The notes under the pieces: generated by a model
The model's input: the letters and a program-made list of their open reading frames with translations, nothing else
What the model was told of the DNA's origin: nothing
Databases searched by the model: none
Position numbers and translations under genes: made by a program
Part shown: piece by piece, positions 14,150-28,675 of the stretch
Layout of the letters: the number at the start of each line of letters is the position of its first letter
How positions within the stretch are numbered: position 1 is the stretch's first letter
NCBI RefSeq assembly: GCF_963921235.1
Contig: NC_086108.1
Location: 59,522,001-59,586,000 of the forward strand
Source: Mobula hypostoma
Lineage: Eukaryota
Length of the DNA: 64,000 nt
Reading direction: 5' to 3'

Positions 14150-14250
14150 ATAAAAATAGAAAGTGCTGGACCTACTTATCAGGCCAGGCAGCATTGTATG
14201 GAGAGAGGTACAAAGTTAGTACTTTAGGTCAATGACCCTTCATCAGTATT
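14150..14250 (-). mobile_element. Degenerate Penelope-type terminal-repeat fragment with a decayed hammerhead core
   Basis: Minus strand reads ctgatgaagggtcattgacctaaagt.., next to the caggccaggcagcat motif shared with 36954-37050. The GAAA box is disrupted. Confidence 0.5.
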
Positions 14251-15189
14251 GGTAAAGCGAGAAAGAGAGGTTTGGTTTAAGCTGCAGAGAAGAGGTTAGA
14301 AACAAAGAGGATGTCTGTGTGAAGGGGCAGACCAATACTGTCCAGGTAAAACGCTTTTGGAGGTGTCTAGTTAATACTGTAGATGAATTAAAGCAATTAG
14401 AAGAGAGAACATACTTGAACTGTGAGATGTGAAACACAGCAGTTGCTGAAATCTGAAACAAAAGAAAATGCTGGAAATACTCTGCAAATTAGGCAGCATC
14501 TGCAGGAAAGAAAAATTGTATTAATGTTATATTGTGTTAACTGAACAACCTCCCTTTCCACCTGATTACTTGCATTACCTTGCTCCACTACCCATTCTCT
14601 TCTCTGCAACTTTAAACACACTTGTTTTATTTCCTTTCCACTCCTTCTCAAACCTTATTTACTTAAAATATTAACTACTTCTATCGCCACTGGTGTTAAT
14701 TGACCTGCTGCGTACTTCTAGTATTTTCTGTTTTTATTTCGGATTTACAACATACATGAATTTTTGAAGATTCTTACTGCAATTGCTCCTTTCATGGCTT
14801 TGCATCAGAAACAAAAGCGTTGGACTTAAGCACTGGATTCAAAGACGATGTAATCAGCCAGACATCTGTAAGGAAGAGTACCAGTGAAAAGGCGAGATTC
14901 AAAATGAATATTAATGAATGTGAGAAGAAAATTATGAGTAAAAGCAGTCAGATACACTGAATTTATTGAAATGAGCATTGAGGTAGTAAGTTAAATTCTT
15001 GTTTGCATTTAGCATCACAGCACTTAGTGGATCATTGTGGGATGTAATATTTCTATGGATAATCAATATTTTCTATTGATTTCCATTTTAAATAAATCAA
15101 TTTTTACATTGATAGAGTAATAGTAACTGATTCTGTCCTAATCCTTATTTTAAAAATTGAATTCTCTTTGGCCATTTTAGATGGCAAGT

Positions 15190-16130
15190 ACTCGAGTACT
15201 GTATTTAGCAGTCCAGAAGATTAAGTCACATGGAATCCACAGGGAGTTGATTAATTGGATACAAAACTAGCCTTGGTGATAGAAGTGGGGCAGTGGTGGG
15301 GAAAAAAAGGTGTTTCGTTTTGGGAAGTGTGATTCCTTGACTGTCAGTCTGTGACCAGTGGCATCCTGTAAGGATCAATGCTGGGTTTAACATATATAAC
15401 TGATCGGGATGAAAATGTGGATGGTCTGATTAGAAAGGCTATAGATGACACAAAAGTTGGTGGAGTCCACTGCTCTCTGAAATTCGCAACATAAGTGGAT
15501 AGAGTGATAAAGAAAGCTTACAGCATGCTTGTATTCATCGGTCAGGGTACTGCCCATAAAAATCACAAAGTCCGGTTGCATCTAAATTCAAGTTTGGCTG
15601 GGTCACATTTGGAACATTGTTTGCAGTTCCAGTTGCCACATTACAGGAAAGAAGAGGAGTCTTTGGAGAGGGTGCAAAAGAGGTTCACCAGTATGTTACC
15701 TGGATTAGGAGAGGTTGGATAAACCTGGATTGCTTTCTCTGGAGCTTCAGAAGCTAAAGGGGCAACATAATAGAAGTATACGAAATTATGAAGCATAGAT
15801 AGAGTAGATAGTCAGAAACTTTTTCCCAGGGTGGAAATGTCAAATACTAGAGTGGCAAGCTTTAAGGTGGGGGGGGGGGAAGTTTTAAGGAGATATGCAA
15901 GGGTTGTTTTTTCCTTTATGCAGTGAGAAACAGCTGCCTGGAACACACTGCCAGGGGAGGTAGCAGAAGCAGATACAAAGACAACGTTTAAGAGGCATTT
16001 TGACAGGCACATGAACAAGCAGGAAATAAATAGTTTCAGACCATGCGTGGCCAGTAGGGTTAGTTATTTTGGCATTGTGGTTTGTGCAGCTACAATGAGA
16101 AGAAGGGCCTATTCCTGTCTGTTCTAGTTT
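15190..16130 (+). mobile_element. Old CR1 3' fragment
   Basis: ORF 15495-15722 (HLEHCLQF..ERVQKRFTSMLPGL) and a CR1-like 3' UTR. Confidence 0.8.
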
Positions 16131-16539
16131 CTAAGGTGGCCGTGCAGATTTTTATGTGGGATCATGGATATTGTGTGATGATATATGAATTTCATGTGCA
16201 TTATTAGTGGTACATTCATCTAGTAATTTGAGATATGTCCATAAGTGAATTATGTTAATTGTGTAATCTGAATATATCTACTGAAGATAATTATCGCATT
16301 AAAAATTGTTTAATTTTCTAACAAGACATGTTTGTAACCTATTTCAGTATGTCTGACAAATGGTGGCTAAAGTACAAATATATTGTGCTATCAATCAACA
16401 CTAATTAGATCACGAGACTCAGTAATCTTTACCTTTCCCAATGACATCCCTACAATGAAGGACCCTTTTTGCAGGACTCTGGTGGCAGACTGATCCTTCT
16501 CTTCGGTTTTATTTGTGGATAGATGATGGAGACGCCATT

Positions 16540-16980
16540 CCACCAGCTTCCAGGCAGCACTGGGTTATGCAGATCAGATCTAGGATTTAAGATCTGCTGT
16601 TCTCACATTTTGGGGAACAGGGCTGTTTGGTGTGTGTACATCAGTCCAAATACTCTCCAGTTCTTGCCTGAAGCTAAAATCTTGGCTTTTTGTCAAAACC
16701 ACCTATTACCTTTTCTGCAAAGACCTTCACATTTCACAAAAGTGGGCATTTTTGCTGCCAATTGTACTACAATCAGTTCCATACACAACACCTTGGATAA
16801 TGAAGCAAAACATAGACACTGCTCAGACATGACAGATGGAGGTATTCTACCTTCTTTTAATATTTTATGATTGTCCAGTAACACACCATTGATGTTTCGG
16901 CATCCCATTGATCAATACTTTAATTCCATCAGGCATATAAATTCCATGGTTAAAAGAGGACATCAAGGACTGGATATCAT
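16540..16980 (+). pseudogene. Possible highly decayed PIF/Harbinger transposase relic
   Basis: Translated pieces SFQAALG and FTKVGIFAANCTTI...SFNIL loosely follow the Harbinger order GSFQ..GD / FPxVxGAIDCTH / SxN. Weak similarity only. Confidence 0.3.
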
Positions 16981-16999
16981 TCAATAAAATCCTCACCAC

Positions 17000-17340
17000 T
17001 GACACTGCAAAGCTTTTCCATCATTTTCAAGGCAGATCAGGTATATGACGGAATATTCTCCACTTGTCTGGATGAGTCCAACTCCAACAACAATCAGGAT
17101 TCTTGACACCATCCAGAACAAATGAGCTAGCTGATGGATTGATTGAGTAATTGGCAGCAATCCACTTTCATCCTTAACCTTCACTTCTTTTGCCACTAGC
17201 CCACCAACCATGAATCATACATTATTCATAAAATGCCTTGCAGCAATATATCAAAGATTTTTTTTGACAACTGCTTTCAGACCTGCAAACTTTCTCAGAT
17301 GGAAAAGGACAGCATGGGCTGTCAATTGTAAGTTCCACTA
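17000..17340 (+). mobile_element. Old LINE remnant (L2/Crack-like ORF2 C-terminus)
   Basis: Translates as FKADQVYDG/EYSPLVWMSPTPTTIRILDTIQNK, resembling the LINE C-terminal motif YKAQVRSxMEYSPLAW. Confidence 0.55.
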
Positions 17341-18239
17341 ATTCAAACAAGAGACTAACTTACTATAACAGTTTGGACCATTATTCCCAGACTGGATCTC
17401 AAAAGGGTAATCCTCTCACTTCTTCCTCCCCTGATTTCCCTCCATCACATATCCTCTTACCATACTCTCCTTTTTTTGTCAGTTACTTCCACTAACAGGG
17501 AATATACATTTGCGAATAAACTTACCAGCACACCTTGAGATGTCTGAGGAAACTAGAACATCTGCTTGAAACCCATTAGTAAAGACCTGGCAGATCCTAC
17601 ACAGAACACACCAGAAAAGCCTAGGGGAGACACCAGAAACTGCAGATGCTGGAATATGGGGTAAAAGCCTCACCCTGAAATCAAATGTAATAGAGACAGC
17701 AAAACAGAGAAAAAGGGATGATTTCTTTACAGGAGAAAGGCTGGAGGGAGTCTCTCCATGACTCATAGGGACGTTGCCTGCTTGGATGTTGCTTGGCCCA
17801 TTGTATTCTTTCAGTAGCTTTCTTCTTGTGAATCTCCAAACAGCTTCACAAAGCAATTAGAAGAGTGAATTAATTGTCAATGATGCACACATCCTGGTTG
17901 TGGATTTAAAAAAAAGTTGTCCAGGCAATAAATATTTTATATTTATGACCAATATGTTGGCAACCATTATTTCTAATTTCCAGACACTTCTGTTGGTTGT
18001 CTGCTATCCACTTTTAAGTGGGAGAAATGCCTGTATTGTTCTACTGGACAGGATTTCTTTTCATTTACTGTAAATCTCTCTTGCTGAAACTTGGCTTGTT
18101 CAATTCAGAGGACAGTTAATTTGGACCCTGAATTTGGTCCATTCCGCTCCATGATTTTATGTTTACAGCCATCATTCTTCGAGTAATGCGTTAAGGGAAA
18201 TTTGTTTTTCACTTCACATCCTAATTTTTTTTTTTTACC

Positions 18240-19120
18240 CAGCACGGAAGCAGGACCTTCAGCCCAAAGGGCCAATCACAGCTTTTCCCTGCTAGTCTCA
18301 GTTACCTGCGTTCAGTCTATAAGCCGCCAAGCTCCTCCTTCCCATGTACCAAACTCAAATGCCTCTTAACTGTTGCAGTTGTAGCCACCACAACCACTTC
18401 CTCTGATGGCTCATTCAAGGGAATCATGACCTTCTGTATCAAGAAGTTACCTCTCAGGTCTACTTTAAATCTCTCCCCTCTTATTTGTATCAATGTCCTC
18501 TAGTTTTGGACTCCCTGGCCCCAGGGAAAATATTATAATTGTTCACCTTATCTATACCAATCATGATTTTATAAATTTCTTTGAGGTCATCCCTCATTCT
18601 CCTGCACTCCAGGGGATAAAGATCCAGCACAGCCAACCTCTCCCTATAACTCAGTCCCTCTAGTTCAGGCAATATCCTTATAAATCCCTCCTGCACCCTT
18701 TTCAGCTTGACAATGTCATTCCTATAACAGGGTGACCAAAAATGTACACTATACTCCAAGTGTGGCCTTATCAGCGACTTATAAAGTGCAACATAATGAC
18801 CCTACTCCTAAACTCAGTGCCCTGATTGATGAAGACCAGCATTGTAAGTGCCTTCTTCACCACCTTGTCCACTAGCATAGCAGCTTTTAGAGAAATGTGC
18901 ACCTGGTCTTGCAGGTACCTCCTTCTATAACAGTCACAGGTAGCTGTACAAGTCTGACCTGGATTTAACTGTCCAAAAGGCATCAAATTTCGCGACATAT
19001 GCTGGTGATATTAAACTTGTTTCTGACTCTGACCCTACACTTTTCTAAGTTGAAATCAATTTATCATTCCTCAGCTCATTTCCCTAATTGATTAAGATCT
19101 CTTTGCAACTCATTGTAATC
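18240..19120 (-). mobile_element. CR1 LINE 3' fragment
   Basis: ORF 18490-18759 (EYSVHFWSPCYR..RRMRDDL) and a CR1 tail near 18240. Confidence 0.85.
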
Positions 19121-20106
19121 TGTATTTGAGCACTTTTTGTCTAATTGTTTACCTATGCAACAACAAAACTCAGATATCTGAGACAATCGAGTCAAGAGAA
19201 AATTCATAATTTTTAACCACTTGAATTAGCAGGCTTTTTTTTAGTAGAAAATCTATAATGTTGTCCAGCTAGAATAAAAGGAACAAGGATATGATTGTTA
19301 CTTTTTTGCACTGAATTGCTGCCACAAGATTGACATTAATGAGCAGGTGTACAGGTGGCCACTAAGTGTAAAATAACATGCATAATCCCAAATATGTATG
19401 TGGGCAAACTATGTAAATACAACTAAGTACAAGCCATTGTAGGCATTGGTATCCATTAAAATTCAATGCTGCACCCAGAGATCAAATCCAGAAAATTCAC
19501 GTGCAAGCAATACAATGGAATTTAAGTTACAAATCCTGTTTCCATAGGCTGCTCAAGATATGGACAGAAATGCCTTCAGGACATCAGTTTTCATATGGCC
19601 TTTCATCCTTAATGTCAAAGGCACAGACTTAATTGATCCCCCTCCCAGAAGACCATTGAAATAAGTGGGTGCAAAATAATATGTCAACCACTGAACAGCA
19701 TCACATTTCTGAATTAGAAAGGGAACCTGCCATATTATTTTCAGGTCAATCATCAACATTTGTGAGAACACAGCTTTTTTTAAAGCAAATAATCATCCAA
19801 AATAGAACTCATCTGTTCTGTTCCAAACTCCTTTCCTTATAAGGTGGTCCGTAGCTTTCAAATGATGATTTGGATGTTTTATTTTGCCCTATTCAGTGAT
19901 GTACGATTGGCAGATATTCTCATAAATAAAATTTCATGCCCAAAATATAATCAAATTAATAATTATTAGCTTTAATAATTGAAGTGTTATGCTTACCTCA
20001 CATATGCAGAAGTGGCATATCACCATAGTAATGATATTTACCAGTGTTCTCTTTAACAGATAGGAAGCATAATGGAGTGTGAGGAAAACTGTAAACTTTT
20101 CATTAT

Positions 20107-22195
20107 TATACTTTATACTTTATACTTTATCGTCGCCAAGCAATTGATACTAGAGCATACAATCATCACAGCGATATTTGATTCTGCTCTTCGTGCTCCC
20201 TGGAGCACAAATAGATAGTAAATATTAAAAATTGAAATTATAAATCATAAATAGAAAATAGAAAAGGGAAAGTAAGGTAGTGCAAAAAAACCAAGAGGCA
20301 GGTCCAGATATTTGGAGGTTATGGCCCAGATCCGGGTCAGGATCCGTTCAGCAGTCTTATCACAGTTGGAAAGAAGCTGTTCCCAAATCTGGCCATACGA
20401 GTCTTCAAGCTCCTGAGCCTTCTCCCAGAGGGAAGAGGGATGAAAAGTGTGTTGGCTGGGTGGGTTGTGCCCTTGATCATCCTGGCAGCACTGCTCCGAC
20501 AGTGTGCGGTGTAAAGTGAGTCCAAGGATGGAAGATTGGTTTGTGTGATGTGCTGTGCTGTGTTCACGATATTCTGCAGCTTCTTCTGGTCTTGGACAGG
20601 ACAACTTCCACACCAGGTTGTGATGCACCCCAGAAAAATGCTTTCTACGGTGCATCTATAAAAATTAGTGAGGGTTTTAGGGGACAGGCCAAATTTCCTT
20701 AGCTTCCTCAGGAAGTAAAGGCGCTGGTGGGCCTTCTTGGCAGTGGAATCTGCTTGGTTGGACCAAGTCAGGTCATTTGTGAGATTGACCCCGAGGCACT
20801 TAAAGCTTTTGACCTGTTCCACTTGCGCACCACCAACGTAAATGGGGTCGTGCAGTCCGCTATTTCTTCTGAAGTCAACAACCAATTCCTTCGTCTTGCT
20901 GTTGTTGAGGGATAGGTTATTGTCTTTGCACCATGCCACCAGGTTCTTAATTTCCTCTCTGTACTCAAACTCATCATTACCCAAGATATGGCCTACAATT
21001 CTGGTGTCATCAGCAAACCTATATATTGAGTGCGATGGAAACTTGGCTACACAATCATGGGTGTACAGTGAACACAGCAGGGGGCTGAGTACACAGCCTT
21101 GTGGGGCACCGGTGCTCAGAGTGATTGTAGAAGAGAGTTTGTCCCCTATTTTTACAGCCTGGGTCCTGTCTGTGAGGAAGTTGAAGATCCAGCTGCAGAT
21201 CTGAGTGCTAAGGCCCAGGTTCCGGAGCTTAGAAATCAGTTTATCTGGAATGATGGTATTAAAGGCAGAGCTGTAGTTAATGAAAAGGAGACTTACATAT
21301 GTGTCTTTATTCTCTAGGTGTTCAAAGGAGGATTGTAGGGCTAGAGAGATGGCATCTGCCATTGACCTGTTGCTCTGGTAGGCAAATTGCAAAGCGTCGA
21401 GGTTGACCGGTAGGCTGTGGTTGATGTGTGCCATAACCAATCGCTCGAAGCGCTTCATAGCAATTGATGTCAGAGCCACAGGTCGATAGTCATTCAGGCA
21501 TGCCACCTTGTTCTTCTTCGGAACCAGGATTATCGTTGCCTTCTTAAAACACGAGGGGATCTTAGACTGAAGCAAGGAGCAGTTGAAGATGCCAGCAAAC
21601 ACTCCAGCTAGCTCGCTTGCACAGGCACAGAGAACCCGTCCCGGGACACCATCTGGGCCCATCACCTTCCTTGGATTTATCTTCAGGAAGGCCCTTCTAA
21701 CGTCCTCCTCGGTGACGATGAATCTCGATGCCACCAGGTCCAGTTCATCCGGAGGGAGTGGAATGCTCCTCTTCTGTTCGAATTTTGCGTAGAATATGTT
21801 AAGTTCAACAGGAAGAGAAGCACCACAGTTATTGATATTCCCAGCCTTTTCTTTGCGCCCAGTGATCTCATTTAGACCCTGCCATAGTCTACTGGCATCC
21901 CTCTGGTTAGCCTAGGCTTCCAACTTGGCTCGATATAGCCTTTTGGTGCCCTTAATGGCTTTCCAGAGTTCACGCCTGGATTCCATGTAGCGACTGGTTT
22001 CCCCGGACCTAAAAGCCACAGCTCTAGCCTTCAGAAGGGACTGGACCTCATAATTCATCCAAGACTTCCGGTTAGGGAATACCCGGATAGTCTCGCGAGA
22101 CATACAGTCCTCTGTGCATTTCCAGATAAAGTCCGTGACATCTGAGGCATACTCATCGAGGTTAGCTGCCAAGTCCTTGAATGCTAACCAGTGTC
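20107..22195 (-). mobile_element. Rex1/Babar-type LINE, 5'-truncated, relatively young
   Basis: 465-aa open RT region at 20337-21734 (GPDGVPG, DYRPVALTS, GAPQGCVLSP, YRFADDT). A stop and frameshift lie upstream (21912). The 3' tail is (taaagta)n at about 20107-20130. Confidence 0.95.
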
Positions 22196-23220
22196 TTATG
22201 ACTTGATCTTTACTTTCTGTGACAATATTTATCAGAAGATTATTGACAGCCCATTCTACAACACTCCTGACTTTTTTATCAGGCTGCTAGCTTGTGATCA
22301 TCTGTTTTATACTGTGCGGTCAGAATTGAGTTTACTGTTTCGGCTCACCTCTTGTGAGGAAAACAACTAAATTAGAACATCTTCCATTTACACACCCACA
22401 CACACTGATGTGAACACAAATCCACAGACACATGCATAAAAGTTTTGTTGCAAACATGATCATCTGTGAAATGGTCAATATATTTTGAAGCAAGTATTCA
22501 TTATATTAAGACAAAATAAATCTGAAGATATAGATAAAAACAATGAAAGCAAAATTCAGAGAAAGTAAACATATACTATGTACCTTAAAGTATCCTTGAG
22601 TAGCCTTGATATCATATGATTAATATACTGAAATGCATAGGAAGCCAGCCAGCTTTAAAAAAGGAAAACAAGGAATACTTGAAAGATTCCAAGCAAAATA
22701 TTAATACTCCTTTTGCTTTCATATACCAAATGATGTTCTTCATGTTTTATTGTTGTTTTGTTTCAGATTTTAAGTATTCATTGGTTTTCATGTGCTTTTC
22801 TGCTAAATGTTGTGCTTGGCATCATGGAATTCCAACAGCACAGAAGGTCCTTTAGACCATCAAGCCTACATCATCTCTGCACATGATCTTGTCATTCTCA
22901 TTATTCTGCTCAATCTCAACCCTGCAAATCATTTTCTCTCAAGTGCACATAAAATTTTCTGAAAACCCATGATTGACTCTGTTTCTAACACATTCTAATT
23001 ATGACATTATATCTCCTCTTTGTCTTTTGCCAGCTGCTTTAAATGTGTATCCTCAGGTCCTTGGACCAGCTGCTAATGAGAACATCTTCTCTGCACTTTG
23101 CCAATGTAAACGTGTCATGACTTCATATCGACAAAACATTTTTGATAAATGACCTTACATTAAGAATATAGCAATTAACAGTTAATGTGCAAATTTGGAA
23201 TCAATTTCTTAATTACTCAA

Positions 23221-23949
23221 CGTAGCCCCCTCACTTGGCTCAATACTGAGCTCTGCTAAAAGCCACGTGTCTCAGCAGTGAGAGGGCTACTTTTCTTAAA
23301 CAATATACTTCTAGGTTCAGTGTGAAAGTTGTGATGTTTCGATTAAAGGAACCTCAATTTGAGCAAATGTTGTGTAAGTACTGCCCATACACAATTATCA
23401 GTTCACAAGAAATAACAGATTGTACACTGCATACAGTTATAAAGAAAGTATATTTACTAAGTTCAGCTTTATCAAACAGTTATTAAGAGAAAAAAATAGA
23501 AGTCTCATTATGATTAAACCAGTCTAAGTGTGCATATGCATTGGAGCTCATATTTCCCAAAAGCTGGGTGTGACCGTTACTCACGGTGCCAAATTCTCCC
23601 CACCTTGGACTCCTTCATCTCACAAAGCACTCCTTACAATTGCATCTTCCCATTGGGTAGAATCCTACAGGTTGTCTTCCCGATCTTCTCTTCTCCGCCT
23701 CTCCCGCCAAAAGACCACAAACCCCACCAATGTCTATCACAAATCTCTCTCCACCCAGCTCTCCCTAGAACCTTCTCCGAATTCCATCAACCTGATTGGC
23801 TGACACATCATTCCTAAGCTGAACATCATAGCCCCTTTTCTTTAGCCGAAATTAAACATTCCTCCAGCAGGACACAATGCTTTTACAGAAAGCTACTAAA
23901 TGAAGCACCCTACAGCATTAGCAGTAAGAATATTAACCTGGGCATTACA
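23221..23949 (-). mobile_element. Probable solo LTR (729 bp)
   Basis: Minus strand begins tgtaatgccc and ends gggggctacg (TG..CA with a terminal substitution). Flanks are tcaa/ccaa, a 4-bp TSD with 1 mismatch. Confidence 0.55.
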
Positions 23950-23979
23950 CCAATGTTTGATAAACTTCCCAAAGATAGA

Positions 23980-24870
23980 TCAAAGGTTCAAAGGTTCATT
24001 TTATTATCGAAGTATGTATGCAGAATACAACTCTGAGATTCGTCTTCTCCAGAAAGCCACAAAGTAAGAAAGAAACATGGAAGTCATTGAAAGAAAAAAC
24101 ATCAGCACCCCCTCCCCCATATGAAAAAGAAAAAGAAACAAAAACTTGCAAAGCTCAAAACTCCTAAACCCTCCCTCACATAAAAACTATCAAATTGACC
24201 ACAAAGGGAAAAAAGTGACAATAACATCAAACCCCCAACTCCCTCACTTACACACAAAGAACTAACAGCTCCCCCACATGGAAAAACACTAACAAGAGCA
24301 TCAGATCCCAAATCCCCAACCCCTCTGTCATGCAAAAACTAACATATCGCCCACAAGGACATTAAATTCCCAAACCCTAAACAACCAACCCACCAATCGG
24401 CAACAAGGAAGAAAACACAGAGAACTGAAGGATACCAATACAAACTACAGTCAGCACCAATAATCACATAACTCTCAGAATTTCAAAAACATCCTCCAGC
24501 AGTATTGAAGAGGGCGACCGCTTGAACTCAGCCCCTCAATGGAGTGTGACCGCCTACCCGGCCTCCTCCACATTCACCTCAATGCTCCGATCGGTGAGAA
24601 ATTGAGTCATTCATGGCCCCGTGCCCCACCTTTGATCTTCTCCTCCTGACAGTTTGTTCTCAGGCTTCTCTCCGGGAATTCTGTTGAGGATGGTAGGACG
24701 GTAGAGCACTAGATCACTCAATCGAACTCCAAACTGTGAGTCACAAGCTCCAACAGTTCCTGAAGCACAATAAAGATAAAAAGAATAATTAGACGATGTA
24801 GAAAAAATGAAATAATTGACTATCTGGAAGATGTTGCCAAAGGAAACATATTTTTGCTGGCAATTATCAA
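23980..24870 (-). repeat. Non-coding interspersed repeat with a Rex1-like 3' tail
   Basis: The tcaaaggttcaaaggttcattttattatc..ctgagatt tail resembles the Rex1 tails at 12053 and 54690. The body has internal imperfect repeats. Confidence 0.5.
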
Positions 24871-25392
24871 CAAAAAATACATTTCAGTTTTGGAACAAGC
24901 CAGAACTGAGGTCTACTAGCCCTAGAAGATAATTTTGGAAAGAAAACAAAAAATGGCAAATGAATTGTCTAGAGAAGCTCATCTCACTATTTGGGAGTAG
25001 TCTACTGCTCAACAGGCTGGGGAAACTAGAAGTGATGGAAAAATCTGGTCTGCAACCAAGTGTTTCTTTGCAGTTTAAAAATATAGTGATTTTATCTATC
25101 AGGACCTGGATTATCAATATTACCTCCTGAATGTATATATCCTTGAGGTCCTTATAAATACCATTGCAATCCTGCTGTAATCTTGCCAGGCAGAGAGAAG
25201 GGGCAAGCTGAGGGGGAAGAAACCCAGGAGCAAACAAAACTTCAGGCTAACTTCTTCAACCATCTCCAAATAGGGTTATGATATTTTTTATTTCTCCAAA
25301 ATAACCCACATTAGACCAGATTTTAACAGAACAATGAATAAATATTCTGTTTGCATAATTTGAAATTGCTCTATCAAGCAACTTGGTTGTTA

Positions 25393-26087
25393 TAAGACCA
25401 TAAGATACAGAAGCAGAATTAGGCCATTTGGACCATCGAGTCTGCTCCACCATTTCCTCATGGCTGGTGCATTTTCTCTCTCTCAGTCCCATTCTCCTGC
25501 CTTCTCCCTGTATCCCTTCATGTCCTGACTAATCAAGAACTTATCAACTTTGCTTTAAATATACCCAATGACTTGGCCTGAACAACCACCCGAGGCAATG
25601 AATTCCATAGATTCACCACTCTTTGGCTAAAGAAATTCCTCCTTATCTCCATTCTAAAAGGATGTCCATCTATTCAGAGTCTGTGTCCTCTGATCTTAAA
25701 CTCACCCACTATAGGAAACATCGTCTCCACATCCACTCTCTCGAGGCCTTTCAATATTGGATAGGTTTCAATGAGGACACTCTTCATTCTTCTGAACTCC
25801 AGTGAGTAGAGGTTCAAAGCCTTTCAATCCCAGAATCACTTTCATGAACCTCCTTTGAACCCCCTCCAATGTCAGCACATCCTTTCATAGATAAGTGGCC
25901 CAAAACTGCTCACAATACTCCAAGTGAGGCCTCACCACTACTTTATAAAGCCTCAACATTATATCCTTGCCTGTATATTCAATTCCTCCCAAAATGAATG
26001 CTAAAATTGCATTTGCCTTCCTCACCACAGACCCAACCAGCAAACTAACCTTTAGGGAATCCTACATGAGGACTCCCAAGTCCCTTG
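25393..26087 (-). mobile_element. CR1 LINE 3' fragment
   Basis: CR1 tail taagaccataaga..aattaggcc and antisense ORF2 C-terminal motifs (tactccaagtgaggcctcacc). Confidence 0.85.
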
Positions 26088-27829
26088 GTTGGAGCTCGAT
26101 ATCCTATACTTCTCTATTAAAGGGGACTAATCCATACTTGCAAAAGAAGATTAGGGGCAAAACAATTTACACATCAAAATTAATAAATTTAGCTTCTTCC
26201 CAATAAATATGTAGATACAACTTTAAGACCGAGTGGTCTAAATGCAACGGGGATGTGAGTCTATTTGGCATATGACTCTATTTAAGCTCTATCCTATCAC
26301 TGTGATTCAGTTCCATTTACTTCTAAGGAATTAAATATTGGGTGGTGTCTAAATCAAGTGCCATATAATTCACACACTTGTGTAGGATATAATTCCTATC
26401 CCTATATTAACCCAGAATATTTAATGCAGAGTCAGATCCGGGTTCATCCTCTGCTTGCAGATGTGTATGTAGTATTCCCTAATTACCCTTGAGAATGTGG
26501 GAAAATTGTTCCAATGCTGATGCTGTCTAATTTCAGGATGGGAAAGTGGGCAGTGAAGAAAGTTGAGCTTAAAATAAAGGAGCCAATTTATTGTCTGATC
26601 TGTGTCTGAAAAAGATTGGTCCTTTACTGTATATCTCTTTCCCTCTCTCTTTCTTGCCTTGTTCCTTTCTCCTTCTTCACACCCTTGCTTCCCACTGCCC
26701 TCTGTACTCTAACTCCTCCATTCCAAGCATCTCCTTCTCCTCTTGCTTCTTCATTTCACCCTACTTTTATTAATTCTTGGACTAGGAATGTTGAATGACA
26801 AGTTACATTGTGATGTGCATCTCTATAAGTGTAGTCTAATCTTCTAGATGATATTCAGTGGCATTACTATTGCCCAGTACCTGAACGTTGACACCAGAGG
26901 ATCTATTAAAAATGTAGAACTGATGCTGGCTAGTACAGGTGTAATGGCAATGAGAGGCTATATATTCTGCATTGAAGTACCTTGCTTTGGAAAGATTTCC
27001 AGGATCAGCAAGGCATGTCAACATTGCAAAATTGTGTTCTCGACTTAGCGTGTGAATGCAGTTCCAAGCACATTACAGAAGCCTGACTTCATTCAGGACA
27101 AATAAGCCCTTTAAATTAAAAATCTAAATCATTACAGGTCTTCGTTATCTTTGGGGTTTGCTACACTGCATGACAGCACTTTCAAAATGCATGGCAAAGA
27201 AACACACATGACAACAGAAAGGAAAGTAGCAACTTCAAAAATATAGAAGGACAATGGCATGAATCATTTGGATATTTCATTGCCTGCAAAACAGGCTCTA
27301 AGAAACCAAATATTCAGCTCCATGAGTAGTTCTGCCATTCAACAGGACCTTGGTTGTTCTATTCAACACCATTTTCCTGCCATTTTCCCTTATTATTCAA
27401 TTCCTCAAATGTCCACAGATTTACTGATTCACAGTTTTGAATGAACATGAGGATTGAGCCTTATCAACCCTTCAGGAGAGAAAATTCCAAAGATTCTTCA
27501 CTTTTGTATGAAAAGATTTCTCCTCATCTCCATTAGCTTCACTTTGAGTACAGTGGCATCATGTCATTAATGGTGCCTCATCTGTTGCACAAACAAGATT
27601 GATGGTGATCAGAATGCTCTTCTCTGTGAAAAATTGATCAACCATCCAAAATATTGATGCCTCCTTCATATCTGTTTCCCTTTGAAAATAACAACTGTTG
27701 AACCCTTTTATGAAGTGAACGTAACTGAGAAAAAAAGATTTTTTGCCTGGCAAAATGGATTCATCCAAATCAGAAAATTCTGTTATCCTAAATATGTTGC
27801 ACAGTGCATCTTTTACATTCTCAGATATT

Positions 27830-28675
27830 TCTTCTATTCATTTTTGAACAGAGTTGTTGCTGAATAGAATCATTTTAATCATTTTAATTAGTTGACATAC
27901 AAAATCATACTCCCTTACTGCTGGCAGAATCAGTTATTCTCCAATTGTATTGAACTTTCTAGATCTAGCAATGATCGATGAAATGTTGTATGAAGCACGC
28001 AAATCTTCACTGTCTTGTGGTGAAGTGCTGGCGTAAAATGTTTTGGAGTGTTTTCCATTTCTGAAATAAGCTAAGTTCTCGGTTGCTTTGTCAAAGTGTA
28101 TTCTCTTCAAATGTTCAAGAAGCTTGGACAGTTTCATTGCCTCATTTTAATAAAAACTTTTTGAGACAACAGACACACCGTCTGCTGTTGGATGCTTGGT
28201 GCTGGTTTGCATAAATCCATATTTCTGATTCTCCACTCTATATTGTCTACACTTGTTTTTCATTTAGTCTGCTTCTACCATTTTCATTATAGATTAATAA
28301 CTACGGTCAATTGCATATTGTTTAAATCCAACCTCATGTATTGGAAACAATAAAAGGGGATATTATGACATCATAATAGCTTGAGCAAAACCTGCTTCTC
28401 TACCTGAAAGTACATAAAGTGAGGTAGTGATATCTCAGTTGGGCCATGGGCTAGAGGAATACAGACAAGACCATTTGAATGGACAGATTCTGAACTTTAA
28501 CCTATAGAACACCACACCTTAAACCACAGGAATTGCATCTCTGTTTGATTACAGTATGGGAATTATGCCAGCTAACACTGTAGTCCCTTATCTGTCCCCT
28601 ACCACCCTCTTACAAACTCCCACCACACTCGGGATGGTGGGGAGTGTACAATACTGTCCACTTAGGGAACCACTG
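27830..28675 (-). mobile_element. hAT (Charlie-like) DNA transposon relic
   Basis: ORF 27934-28137 (MKLSKLLEHLKRIH...LRASYNISSIIARS.K..TIGE) matches the Charlie/Buster transposase N-terminus. A CAGTGGTTC-type terminus lies on the minus strand at about 28675. Confidence 0.75.

Noticed and set aside
14809..14960. Possible terminal exon (LDLSTGFKDDVISQ..QIH*) after a cag acceptor
   Set aside because: Short, no recognisable homology and no partner exons.
20337..21734. Functional stand-alone reverse transcriptase gene (or bacterial retron/DGR)
   Set aside because: It is part of a 5'-truncated Rex1 LINE with an upstream stop and frameshift and a LINE tail, in a eukaryotic context.
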